From: Telluribacter sp.
GTDB taxonomy: Bacteria; Bacteroidota; Bacteroidia; Cytophagales; Spirosomataceae
DNA: 64,000 nt
NCBI GenBank assembly: GCA_040391535.1
Contig: JBEBXQ010000007.1
Location: 816-64,815, forward strand
Reading direction: 5' to 3'
A program made the position numbers and the translations under genes. Of this stretch, positions 19,924 to 30,000 are shown in pieces. How positions within the stretch are numbered: position 1 is the stretch's first letter; every line of letters starts with the position of its first letter. The notes beneath the pieces were generated by a model. The model searched no databases. It was not told where the DNA came from and saw nothing but the letters and a program-made list of their open reading frames with translations.

Positions 19924-20382
19924 ATGGAAATAAGAGAAAAACTGGCAGCACTAGGTCTGGTATTGCCCGAACCTTCAAAACCCGGAGGAAACTACGTGCC
20001 GGTAAATATCAGAGGAAATGTTGCCTACATCGCTGTGCAGTTTCCCAAGTCAGGTGGGGAAGGATTGTTTAAAGGCCGTTTGGGGGCTGAACTCACCACT
20101 GAGGACGGATATAAAGCCATGCAGTTATGCGCGCTTAACGTACTTGCCCATATTGAACATGCAATTGGTCTTGAAAATGTAGCCGGTATGAACCATCTGG
20201 AGGTTACTTTTCAGGCCGAAGACGGCTGGGATGAATCTCCCAAAGTAGTAGACGGTGCCTCCGATCTTTTTGTGAAGGTGCTGGGCGACAGGGGAGTACA
20301 TTCCCGGAATATTTACGGGGTAGATAAACTACCTAAGAATTTCTCTGTGGGGTTAACCTGCTCGCTGACGCTGAAAGGCTGA
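19924..20382 (+). CDS. RidA/YjgF-family protein
   Basis: 152 aa. The N-terminus MEIREKLAALGLVLPEPSKPGGNYVP is characteristic of a RidA subfamily. Confidence 0.75.
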   Translation: MEIREKLAALGLVLPEPSKPGGNYVPVNIRGNVAYIAVQFPKSGGEGLFKGRLGAELTTEDGYKAMQLCALNVLAHIEHAIGLENVAGMNHLEVTFQAEDGWDESPKVVDGASDLFVKVLGDRGVHSRNIYGVDKLPKNFSVGLTCSLTLKG

Positions 20383-20474
20383 GTGAGATGTAAGGCTCTC
20401 CCGGAAAAATACAGGCTCTGATCCCCGTTGCCGGTTGATAGGAAAGCTGCCGGAATATTAGCTTATAAAAAATA

Positions 20475-21470
20475 TCAAACCGGATAAATATCAATTTCCA
20501 GAAAGGCGCCGGTTGCATTGGCATCGCTGACAAACTGGGGGATGCCGTTGATGACGTCCATGGATGGTTTGTGAATATGCCCGGCAAACACCCCCAGCAG
20601 GTTAGGTGCGGTGAAGACCTGATGATGGAAATCCATTGTGGTTCTGGTATGGCCTGATTTCGGCCAGCGTTCGCGGCGTTCGACGGTAAAGTTTTTATCC
20701 GTATCCCAGCCCCATTCCGGATGCCCGCACCCGAATCCGGTCTTTCTTCCAGGCGCATACAGCGGGATATGTACAAAAAGTATCAAGGGCACTCCTGAAA
20801 GAACCTGCTGCCTGAAAAACTGCAGCTGATCCGGTAGAATTTCATTGATTGAATTATCAATCGAAAGGACGCGGATTCCGTTGATATCCATGGCTGACAT
20901 GAGCGGGTTCTCCTTTTGATATAGCGGCTTTAACCTTTTCTCACACCATTCCTTACGTAAATCTGCCAGCGTCCCTTCCATGCCTTCGTAATGCCAGTCA
21001 TGATTTCCTGCTGTATACTGAAAAGGTGCGGAGAGTACCGAAAGTTGCTGCATCACCCAGTCTACAGCTGCTTCGGAAGGGAAACTGAATACATCGCCGG
21101 GTAAAGTAAGGAGATCAGCCTTTGTGTCGTTGGTCAGCTTTATTATTTCCTGAAATGAGTCGTTGGGGTTAGTAGGTTGACCGGTAAGGAAATGCCTGGT
21201 CTGGTTATAGGCTTTCGCCATCCGGCCACTGTATTGCCTGTAAGCTTCACCCCGCTGATCATCCATCCAAAGATGTGTATCCGATGCCATGATGATTCTG
21301 ACCGGCTTCTGAATTTTACCCGAATAAATCCTTATCTGGTGCTGATCCTGAGAAAATGAATGCAGGTAATGCTGATCTGACGGGGTAAACCCTTCGGCGC
21401 TCAAGGCCAATGAGGCCAGACCGGTATTTCTGAGAAATTTTCTGCGGGAGGTAAAAGGTACTTTTTTCAT
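20475..21470 (-). CDS. Tat-exported metallophosphoesterase (calcineurin-like)
   Basis: Preferred start MKKVPFTSRRKFLRNTGLASLALSA (Tat motif). Five phosphoesterase motifs were read: SDTHLW, PGDVFS, GNHDWH, FVHIPLY, AGHIHK. Confidence 0.8.
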   Translation of the reverse strand: MKKVPFTSRRKFLRNTGLASLALSAEGFTPSDQHYLHSFSQDQHQIRIYSGKIQKPVRIIMASDTHLWMDDQRGEAYRQYSGRMAKAYNQTRHFLTGQPTNPNDSFQEIIKLTNDTKADLLTLPGDVFSFPSEAAVDWVMQQLSVLSAPFQYTAGNHDWHYEGMEGTLADLRKEWCEKRLKPLYQKENPLMSAMDINGIRVLSIDNSINEILPDQLQFFRQQVLSGVPLILFVHIPLYAPGRKTGFGCGHPEWGWDTDKNFTVERRERWPKSGHTRTTMDFHHQVFTAPNLLGVFAGHIHKPSMDVINGIPQFVSDANATGAFLEIDIYPV

Positions 21471-21544
21471 AGGATCTGAAATGACATCTGACCACAAAAG
21501 AAAAATCCGGCCCTTTTCTAATGTCAGGACCGGATTTTTCTGAG

Positions 21545-22963
21545 TTAAGCAAGCAGGTCAAGTACTGCCTCTCCGTTGCCGTCAGGAGTAGTGTAAAACG
21601 GACGTTTTTCAACTTCATATGCCGTATCGGGAGGAATACCTAATGCATGATAAATGGTCTGATGAACCCCTTCGATTTTAATCGGGTTTTCAATGGTTTT
21701 GCAGGGACGTTCATCGGCTGTTTTGCCATACACGAATCCCTTTTTGATACCGCCGCCAAACATCAGCATAGAGCAGCCGTCTGTAAAATGCCGGTGCATA
21801 CCATAGAATTTCAGGTCGGAGAGAATATCCGGCTGATTAACCTGTTCCTGAACGGTAGCGTCAGGACGGCCTTCCACCATCATATCCCGGCTGAACTCAC
21901 TGGCCAATACGATCATCGTCCGGTCAAGATGGCCTGATTTATCCAGATCTTTCACCAGTTGCGCGATCGGTCCGTCGACCATTTTTTTCATGTCTTTTAA
22001 GCGGGTATGTCCGTTTTCGTGCGTATCCCAGCCCATAAAAGGCTCATATTCGGTAGTGACGCTGATAAAACGGGCTCCCTGTTCGGTAAGTCTGCGGGCC
22101 AGCAGGCACCCTAATCCGAATCGTCCGGTATTATAGATATCGTAAATTTCCTTTGGTTCAGTACTCAGGTCAAATGCCTTGGATTCCGGAGAGTTCAGGA
22201 GCATATAAGCCTGTTCCATCGACCGGCGAAGGGACTCTTTCTGATAATCACTGGCGTATTCTCCGAAAGGACCTTTGCTCATCAATTCATTATAAAGCTC
22301 ATTCCGCTTTTCAAATCTTTTAGCGTCCATCCCTATAGGAGGACGAACGCTGTCCAGTCCCTGGCTTGGATCAGGAATAATAAACGGACCGAATTCATTT
22401 CCCAGAAATCCGGCTGTGTGGAATGCTTTCAGCTCTTCAGCTTCACCAACTGTGAACCGCTGACCGATATCAATAAAGGCCGGTATAACCGGGTTTTTAG
22501 GGCCTAATTCCTTGGCTATCCAGGCACCCATATGAGGTGCTGCCACCGTTTGCGGTGGTTCGTAACAGGTGTGCCAGTGATACTGATGGCGCGAATGCAG
22601 GATATGTCCCATATCAGCAGCTACATACGAGCGGATCAAAGTCCCTTTGTCCATCACACCGGCAATGGACTCAAGGCCTTCCGAAAAATGAATGCCGTCA
22701 AGTACCGTTGGAATGGAGGGAAAAGTACTCAGCACACGGTCACCCTGCATATCTTTTTCATAGGGTGTATACCGCTTTGGATCAAATGTTTCCGTATGAG
22801 CCATTCCGCCTGCCATCCAAAGCAGAATGACTGTATCAGCGGTGGAGTTGCTGCCTGCTTTTAACCGCCCGCAACCTGAAAGCAAGCCGGATACCGGCGC
22901 GCCTGCGGCCAAAGCTGCGATAGTAGCCGCACTTGTATTTTTTAAAAAATCTCTGCGTTTCAT
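21545..22963 (-). CDS. DUF1501-family protein (sulfatase/alkaline-phosphatase-like fold) with Tat signal
   Basis: Preferred start MKRRDFLKNTSAATIAALAAGAP. Contains the motif WMAGGMAHTETFDPK, typical of DUF1501. It starts 14 nt downstream of the DUF1549/DUF1553 gene. Confidence 0.85.
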   Translation of the reverse strand: MKRRDFLKNTSAATIAALAAGAPVSGLLSGCGRLKAGSNSTADTVILLWMAGGMAHTETFDPKRYTPYEKDMQGDRVLSTFPSIPTVLDGIHFSEGLESIAGVMDKGTLIRSYVAADMGHILHSRHQYHWHTCYEPPQTVAAPHMGAWIAKELGPKNPVIPAFIDIGQRFTVGEAEELKAFHTAGFLGNEFGPFIIPDPSQGLDSVRPPIGMDAKRFEKRNELYNELMSKGPFGEYASDYQKESLRRSMEQAYMLLNSPESKAFDLSTEPKEIYDIYNTGRFGLGCLLARRLTEQGARFISVTTEYEPFMGWDTHENGHTRLKDMKKMVDGPIAQLVKDLDKSGHLDRTMIVLASEFSRDMMVEGRPDATVQEQVNQPDILSDLKFYGMHRHFTDGCSMLMFGGGIKKGFVYGKTADERPCKTIENPIKIEGVHQTIYHALGIPPDTAYEVEKRPFYTTPDGNGEAVLDLLA

Positions 22964-22977
22964 GATCACTGATTCTC

Positions 22978-25344
22978 CTAATAAATTAACTGAAACTCCG
23001 GTGACAAGGCCAGTGCCCACACCAGATCCTGTATATCTTCTTCATTGGGTTCTTGCCCCAGTATTTTTTTCGCTGTAGTGATTTCTTCGGGCAAAGGTGG
23101 TCTTCCATAGGCATTTTTATACAATGCGGTCAATAATGTATCCCAGGTCGGATATTGATTTTTCCACTCGGTAGCTCCTCTTTTCAGTGTTTCATAAAAA
23201 CGGGTACCGTTGGTCAGTTCCAATGCCTGTAATAAATTGGCCTGTGAAAGGCGGCTGGTGCTGACGGTCTCACGGTTGGGACGGCCCAGGGCGGTGAGAA
23301 ACGGATCATTGATAACCAGTGACGCTCTCGGGAAGGGAGCAATTTCCTTTATGTTTTCAGGAAGGCGTTTCAGTGCCATCATGCTGTCGGCATAAATAGG
23401 ACTGAAGCTCTTGCTGATGGCATCGGCAAATTGCTCAGCACTTAACCTTCTGCGGATCATGCCTGTGAATCTGAAATCTTCTGCGACCAGGTCACCTGCT
23501 TCCTGAATGGTAACAGATGGGAGCTGATAGGTTTTGGAAGTTACAATTTTGAAGATCAGTTGTTTCATATCATAACCCGTTTCCACAAAATCATAGGCCA
23601 GCCAGTCGAGCAGATCCTCACTCCAGGGGGCATTATCCATTACATCTACCGGTTCTACAATTCCTCTTCCCATCAACTGGGCCCACACCCGGTTGACCAG
23701 AGTGCGGTAAAGGCGCCCATCTTTAGGCTGTACCAGCAAATCGGCCAGTTCTCTCAGACGTTGTTCCGTGTCGGCGTTAACACTTATCTCCCCCAGTTCA
23801 GGGTAAAGCATTCTGCTGGTGGCCATTTTGCCGGTAGGCTGGTCACAGCGGTTGATTTCCAGGGTTGAATCAGCAAAAATATTGGCAAAACCGAAAGCAT
23901 CTTCGAGTTTCCAGTCACTGATGAAACTATCGTGACAGGAGGCACATTTCAGGTTAAGGCCCATGAATACCTGCGCGACATTCTGTGCTGCCTGCATCTC
24001 CGTACTCTGGCTTGAGTTGATCGTTCCCCGCCATTTTATCCCTTTGATAAAGCCGGACGATTCCTTTTCCGGACTGATCAGTTCTTTAACGAACCAGTTG
24101 TAAGGTTTATTGACTTCCAGTGAGTTATAGAGCCATTTGGTGATATCAAACCTTCCACCGGTGATGTAACCCGTCCCTGAATAATCATTTCTCAGCAGAT
24201 CATTCCAGAAAGTCAGCCAGTGCTGGGCATAGTCATGGTTCCGGTTGAGTAATTCCCTGGCCAGTATTTCCCGTTTGTCCGGCCGGTTATCTGCCACAAA
24301 GCGATCAATCTGTTCAGGTGATGGAAGTAGTCCTATAATATCCAGATAAACACGGCGAATGTAAAGCCGGTCATCAATTACAGGCTTCCATTCTGTTTTA
24401 TTCTGCTGAAAATAAGCATTTACGAACAGATCCACAGGCTTATTCAGCTCTGCTGTAGCAGCAGGTACATCCGGCAGCCGGGGTTCGAGCTGCGCTACAC
24501 GGTAAATACTTTTTTCTTTATCAGGCCAGGGGGCTCCTTTTTCAATCCATAATTTCAGAATACCAATCTGATCTGCGCTCAGGCGTTTACCTTTGGTAGG
24601 CATGGCCTCTTTGTGGCCCGCCGGCAAAGTGATTCTTCTGATCAGCTCACTTTTTCCCGGGTCTCCGGCAATGATCACCGGGCCACCTTCGCCGCCTGCA
24701 AACAGGGCTTCGCGGCTGTCCATGCGAAGGCCTCCCTTTTTCTTAGCCTCACCATGACAATTATAGCAGTTATGAGCCAGAATGGTTCTGACTTCCAGGT
24801 TCAGGTCCTGTACCTGCTGGTCGGTCAGTGTCTCACCCAGGCTGGCGAATGTCAGGAGGGTAGCCGAAGAAGCTTCCACCTGCTGATAATCGTCATTCCC
24901 CACAGGCAATACCTCCGAAAGATAGGTTTCCCCATGGGTAAGCATAGCCCCGTAATGACCGGCAACACTTACCCCTGCGACCGTGAATATCAGTAATGTT
25001 CTGTAGAGGCTCTGTTTTTCCTTCTGATGAAAAAACAATGCTGCCGCTGAAAGAATGAATGTAGCAATACCGGACCAGCGGTGTATTTCCAGTGTATCTC
25101 CTTCAGCATTTTCGCTGTTAGCGAGTAATAACCCGAAGACAACGGCCAGCAGGGCGCTTATAGTACCGATCCATAGCAGTAAGCGGATGGCCGGTTGATT
25201 ATGGTTTGGTTTTCGTTTCCAATGAATAAGTTCAAGAAATAGCGTTACGCATAGAAGGCCAATAGGAAAATGAACGATTAACGGGTGAAACCTTCCGAGT
25301 AATTGCCAAAGCCAGAATGAATCTTGTGAGGCCTGGAGTAACAT
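22978..25344 (-). CDS. 4-TM N-terminal domain (DUF2231-like) fused to PSCyt-type cytochrome c, DUF1549 and DUF1553/PSD1 domains
   Basis: 788 aa. N-terminal motif HPLIVHFPIGLL plus four hydrophobic helices. Heme motif CYNCHGEAKKKGGLRMDS. Second motif LKCASCHDSF. C-terminal LALSPEFQLIY is typical of PSD1. Confidence 0.85.
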   Translation of the reverse strand: MLLQASQDSFWLWQLLGRFHPLIVHFPIGLLCVTLFLELIHWKRKPNHNQPAIRLLLWIGTISALLAVVFGLLLANSENAEGDTLEIHRWSGIATFILSAAALFFHQKEKQSLYRTLLIFTVAGVSVAGHYGAMLTHGETYLSEVLPVGNDDYQQVEASSATLLTFASLGETLTDQQVQDLNLEVRTILAHNCYNCHGEAKKKGGLRMDSREALFAGGEGGPVIIAGDPGKSELIRRITLPAGHKEAMPTKGKRLSADQIGILKLWIEKGAPWPDKEKSIYRVAQLEPRLPDVPAATAELNKPVDLFVNAYFQQNKTEWKPVIDDRLYIRRVYLDIIGLLPSPEQIDRFVADNRPDKREILARELLNRNHDYAQHWLTFWNDLLRNDYSGTGYITGGRFDITKWLYNSLEVNKPYNWFVKELISPEKESSGFIKGIKWRGTINSSQSTEMQAAQNVAQVFMGLNLKCASCHDSFISDWKLEDAFGFANIFADSTLEINRCDQPTGKMATSRMLYPELGEISVNADTEQRLRELADLLVQPKDGRLYRTLVNRVWAQLMGRGIVEPVDVMDNAPWSEDLLDWLAYDFVETGYDMKQLIFKIVTSKTYQLPSVTIQEAGDLVAEDFRFTGMIRRRLSAEQFADAISKSFSPIYADSMMALKRLPENIKEIAPFPRASLVINDPFLTALGRPNRETVSTSRLSQANLLQALELTNGTRFYETLKRGATEWKNQYPTWDTLLTALYKNAYGRPPLPEEITTAKKILGQEPNEEDIQDLVWALALSPEFQLIY

Positions 25345-25467
25345 GATTAATATTTAAATTTTATTTAATATAAACTTACTAATAATATCTCAGCGAACGA
25401 AAAGTGTTGTCCTCAGATTGCTTTAGTGTATACCTGTTGACTCAATAAAAGTACCCTACAGCCCTTA

Positions 25468-25507
25468 ATTACTGCTTGCAGACGAATACCTGTCTGCAAG
25501 CAGTAAT
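25468..25507 (-). other. Perfect 16-bp stem-loop between SusD (module B) and the PSCyt gene, with no U-tract
   Basis: ATTACTGCTTGCAGAC (25468-25483), loop GAATACCT, GTCTGCAAGCAGTAAT (25492-25507). It begins 12 nt after the SusD stop. Confidence 0.6.
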
Positions 25508-25519
25508 AACAGCATTTAA

Positions 25520-27019
25520 TTATTGATATCCGTCGTTTTGGGTAAGTTTAGGGTTGATCTGGATTTGCAGGGCCGGAATAGGCAGAAAATATTCGAAGTC
25601 GCTGTAAATATAGTCCAGTTCATTAAACCCGATCCCTCCACGGTCAATGGTAGGGTTCGCTTTTTCTTTGGCACCGTGGCTATTCATAAACGATGCCAGC
25701 TCAGCGGGTGTTTTGGTTCTTTTCAGATCAAACCACCGGTGATTTTCGAAAGCCAGTTCAATGCGTCGTTCGTGGTCTACCACTGTTCTGAAGCTCTCCT
25801 TTGAAAGCCCTGAAAGTGGTTTCAGACCTGCCCTTTCCCTGATCTGATTTAAAAAAGCAACAGCCTCGGAAGTGGGACCTTCCTGCTCGTTAATGGCTTC
25901 GGCCAGCATGAGCAGTACGTCAGCATAACGGAGTACCGGCCAGTTTGAATTGGTCCTTCCGGCAATGGTATGCGGATAATTGTACTTGTTTACATAAGGA
26001 ACATTATACAAAGTACCCTCTTTGGTATAGCCTGGTTTAAATGAAATCGCTTTCCTTAAATCACCCTCTTCATAAGCATTCATCAGGTCATTGGTAGGGG
26101 TATTTCTTCCGCTGGGTACTGCCGTGGACCATCCCGTTACCACATCTCCGGAGAGCCTGGGTGCGAATATATAGCTGAAAGAACTCCATTCCCCCAGATC
26201 GTTATCGCCCTGGTACTGTACCTCAAAGAGCGATTCGGGACCGTTTTTCCGTGCCGGATCAAAATTATCCTCGTATTTTGCATTCAGGGAATAACCCAGA
26301 GGCAGGATCTGCCGGAGTGTGGTTACGGCATCATCATATTTTTTATTGGTGAGGTATACTTTTCCCAGTAATCCCAGGGCGGCACCTTTGGTAACTCTTC
26401 CTGCCTGATTGGTATAAGACGCGGGCAGGGCTTGTACGGCATCTTTCAGATCATTTTCGATCTGAGCGTAGACCTCTGCCTGTGATACTCTGGCCAGTTC
26501 AAATGATTGTTCGTACGAACCGAGCGTTCCTGTTGTCAGGATCACATCACCGAAATAACGTACCAGATTGAAATAATAGTAGGCCCGCAAAAATTTAAGC
26601 TGTCCTTCAAAGACCAGTTTGTCATTGGGTTCCACCGGACTTTCCACCAGTTTTTCCAGCGTATTGTTAACGTTGTACAATGCTGAATAATGATTATTGT
26701 ACAGGTTGGAGATTTCGCCGTTTCCTGAATTTACCGTAGAAAATTCAATGGCCTCCCAACCGGCCGCACCGCCGCGGTCGAGTGGATTGAAGTCAAAAGC
26801 AGTGTTATCAGATGCCATTTCTCCAAAGAGGTAAGCCGTATTGGTAATACCCTGCAGCTGACCGTACGCACCGTTGACCGCCTGTTCAATCTGCGTTTTA
26901 TCTTTAAAAAAGCGTTCTTTCCCGATTTTGGTAGGGTCTGTGGTGGTAAGGAAGTCTTCACAGGAAGATAACACCGTACCGGCACAAAGCATAGAGAGTA
27001 TGAGTATTTTCGATTTCAT
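25520..27019 (-). CDS. SusD/RagB-family nutrient-binding outer-membrane lipoprotein (module B)
   Basis: 499 aa. Lipobox MKSKILILSMLCAGTVLSSC and SusD motifs (LRAYYYFNLVRYFGDV, YADVLLMLAEA, ERRIELAFENHRWFDLKR). Confidence 0.9.
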   Translation of the reverse strand: MKSKILILSMLCAGTVLSSCEDFLTTTDPTKIGKERFFKDKTQIEQAVNGAYGQLQGITNTAYLFGEMASDNTAFDFNPLDRGGAAGWEAIEFSTVNSGNGEISNLYNNHYSALYNVNNTLEKLVESPVEPNDKLVFEGQLKFLRAYYYFNLVRYFGDVILTTGTLGSYEQSFELARVSQAEVYAQIENDLKDAVQALPASYTNQAGRVTKGAALGLLGKVYLTNKKYDDAVTTLRQILPLGYSLNAKYEDNFDPARKNGPESLFEVQYQGDNDLGEWSSFSYIFAPRLSGDVVTGWSTAVPSGRNTPTNDLMNAYEEGDLRKAISFKPGYTKEGTLYNVPYVNKYNYPHTIAGRTNSNWPVLRYADVLLMLAEAINEQEGPTSEAVAFLNQIRERAGLKPLSGLSKESFRTVVDHERRIELAFENHRWFDLKRTKTPAELASFMNSHGAKEKANPTIDRGGIGFNELDYIYSDFEYFLPIPALQIQINPKLTQNDGYQ

Positions 27020-27031
27020 TTTTTGTCGGAT

Positions 27032-30000
27032 TTAGAAGTTAAGACGAAGGCCTGCTGCAAGTGTTCTGGGGATCGGGTAAGATTCGTCGTCATAGCCGAG
27101 TTCAGTAGTGCCGTTCTGCTGATTAGCTTCCGGGTTGTTTCCGGGATACTTTGTAAAAAGGAACAGGTTGGTGGCACTTACAAATACTCTGGCATTTTTC
27201 AGAACGGGATTACGGCTTTGCAGTGTGTAACCCAGGGTGATGTTTTTCAGCCATGTATGGCTGGCGTCATAAACATAGCGTTCACTGCTTTCACGTGCCC
27301 ATTTCCAGGAATCCGTCCCTCCCTGTGAGTGTTTATCTGACGGATTACTTCCCGGGTTTTCAGGAGATCTCCACCGGTCTTTGGCTTTGTCCAGTACATT
27401 GAAGACACCGTCCATATTCATGGTTGAAGACTCAATATTCCGGTAAATCTGATAATTCTCAGCACCCGTAAACTGGATGCTTATATCGAAATTTTTGTAA
27501 TCAGCCATTACCGTCCAAGCCCAGGTAAAGTCGGGGTTCGGATTACCGATTTCTACCATATCCTGTGTGTCGTAACTTACTACTCCGTTACCATCAGCAT
27601 CCCAGAAGATCATACTTCCCGGAATGGCACCATCCTGCAGGGGAGCTGCTTCAATTTCGGCTTTGGTATTAAAAATGCCCAGTTTTCTGTAACCATAGAT
27701 CATCCCGATAGGCCTGCCGATTTTCTGTACATTGTAGCCACCGTACATGCCTCCACTCCAGATGGGGGTAGCGTCATCACCTCTCAGTTGCAGTATTTTG
27801 CTGCGGTTAAAGGTGATGTTGGCATTGGTTTTAATGTTAACAGGCCCCAGTTTTAAACGGTAATCAGCGGCGAATTCGAGGCCTTTGTTCTGTACTTTAC
27901 CCAGATTGGTCCAGACGGATGTAAAACCGGTTACAGAAGGAACCGGCACGTTGAACAGCATGTCACGGGTAATTTTCTTATACCATTCTGCTGTCAGGAT
28001 TAACTGGTTATTAAACAAGGCCAGGTCAAGGCCAATATCCAGCTGATTTGATTTTTCCCATTTCAGATCGGCATTGGCAAAAGATTCTACGACTTTTCCG
28101 GGAGCAATTGAATTGTCAAGGATATAATTCTCTGTACGCATAAAAGCCAGGTGCCGGTAATTGCCGATATCGTTATTACCCGTTACCCCCCAGCTTCCCC
28201 GGAGTTTGAGGTCTGTCAGCCATTCAAACTTAGGCATAAAGCTTTCTTCTGAAAGCCGCCAGCCCACGGAAAAGGCCGGGAAATTACCGTATTTCGCATT
28301 CTGACCGAACCGGGAGCTTCCTTCTCGCCGCATAGAGGCCGAAAGCAGGTACTTATCCTTGTAGGCATAATTTAACCTGGCCAGGTAAGCGAGCATTGTC
28401 CAGTCATATTCATAAGAATCGGACGCGCGAATGATGGCTGCTCCCAGATAGGGTACGAGGTCGTCAGGAAAAGTATTCCCTGAACCTGCCAGGCCTTTTA
28501 CCGTTTCCTTCTGGGTGCTGATACCCGCAAGCAGATCCAGTTGATGATCTGCTCCCAGGTCTGCCTGATAGGTCAGTAACTGGTCCGTTGAAAAATTGAT
28601 CAACTGATCCGTGTTCTCGTTGGCAGTAGCAATCCGTGGGGGTGCCCCGGATAATCCCGAACCCAGTGAAACACCAATAGTAGAAGGGACAAACTGCTTG
28701 TTATTTTCATATTTAAGACGGACATTAACCGAAGACCTGAATTTAAGGCCTTTCAGCAGGTTGAGTTCTATATAGCCATTCGACAGGATATCAGCGATAT
28801 TTCTTGTCCGTGTGATTTCCTGAAGGGCAAAAACCGGATTGGGAAAGCCAAAGACGCCATCCAAACCACCGATATACGGTCTAAGACTCCCGTCTTCGTT
28901 GTACATCGGTTCTCGCGGATCCATGATTAAGGCAGAACCAACAATGGAATTTCTTCCGTCAGTATTGGCCAGATTTGATTTGGAGTAAGTTCCGTTAATA
29001 TTGGCCCCTACGGTTATGAATTTGTTGATTTCACCTTCCAGGTTGGTTCTGACAGAAAGCCGGTCATAATCGGTATGTACCAGTGCACCCGCTTCTTTAT
29101 AATACCCGATGGATAATAATGATTTGATAGGGCCTTTCCCCGACGACAGTGAAAGATTAAGGTCGGTATAAGGAGCATTATTATGTAATATTTCTTCATA
29201 CCAGTTGGTTGAATACCGGGTTTGTTCCGGATAGCGGAACCCTTCCGGAATTTCTTCCAGCGTAGGATAACGGGTATACCCGCTGTCAAAATAATAGCGG
29301 TCTGAAAATACTTCTTTTTTGAATTGGGCAAATTCCTCACCATTCAGCACTTTTACTTTTCTTGAATCCGGCAGATTCTGAACACCGTAGTCCAGTGAAA
29401 AACTGAGGCCTACTTTTCCTTCTTTCCCTCCTTTGGTGGTGATCAGTACTACACCGTTTGAGCCTCTTGCTCCATAGATGGCTGTGGAGGCGGCATCTTT
29501 CAGAATAGAAATGCTTTCAATATCATTGGGATTAAGGTTTTGTCCGACAGACGTGCCCACAGCAAATCCGTCGATTACATATAAGGGGTCACTTCCGGCA
29601 CCCAGAGAGCCAACACCCCGTATCCTGACCTCGAACTGTCCGCCGGGTGTTCCGTTTTTTTGTTTGGCAACCACACCGGCAGCCTGTCCCTGAAGAAGAC
29701 GGGTTACATTGGAAGCCGGAACATCGCCGATATCCTCCACACTGATCACAGAAACAGCAGAAGTAATATCCCGTTTCCGTTGCGTTCCGTACCCTACGAC
29801 GACCACTTCTTCCAGTGTTTTATTGTCAACGTCAAGACTTACCGATATTGTGGTTTGGGAGGCTACTTCAATTTCCTTACTTATATAACCCACAAAGGAA
29901 AAAATAAGGGTGCTTTCGCCGTCAGGCAGTACCAGCTGATAATTTCCTTCAAAATCGGTAATAGTGCCCTGTTGCGATCCTTTTCTGATCACACTAACAC

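Noticed and set aside
21471-23020. N-terminal extensions in the ORF track for the metallophosphoesterase (to 21497) and DUF1501 (to 23020). The same applies elsewhere: 33349-33447, 42311-42361, 49138-49209 and 13176-13181.
   Set aside because: Internal ATG codons give canonical Tat or Sec signal peptides or family-typical N-termini. The extensions would overlap upstream genes or start at non-ATG codons.
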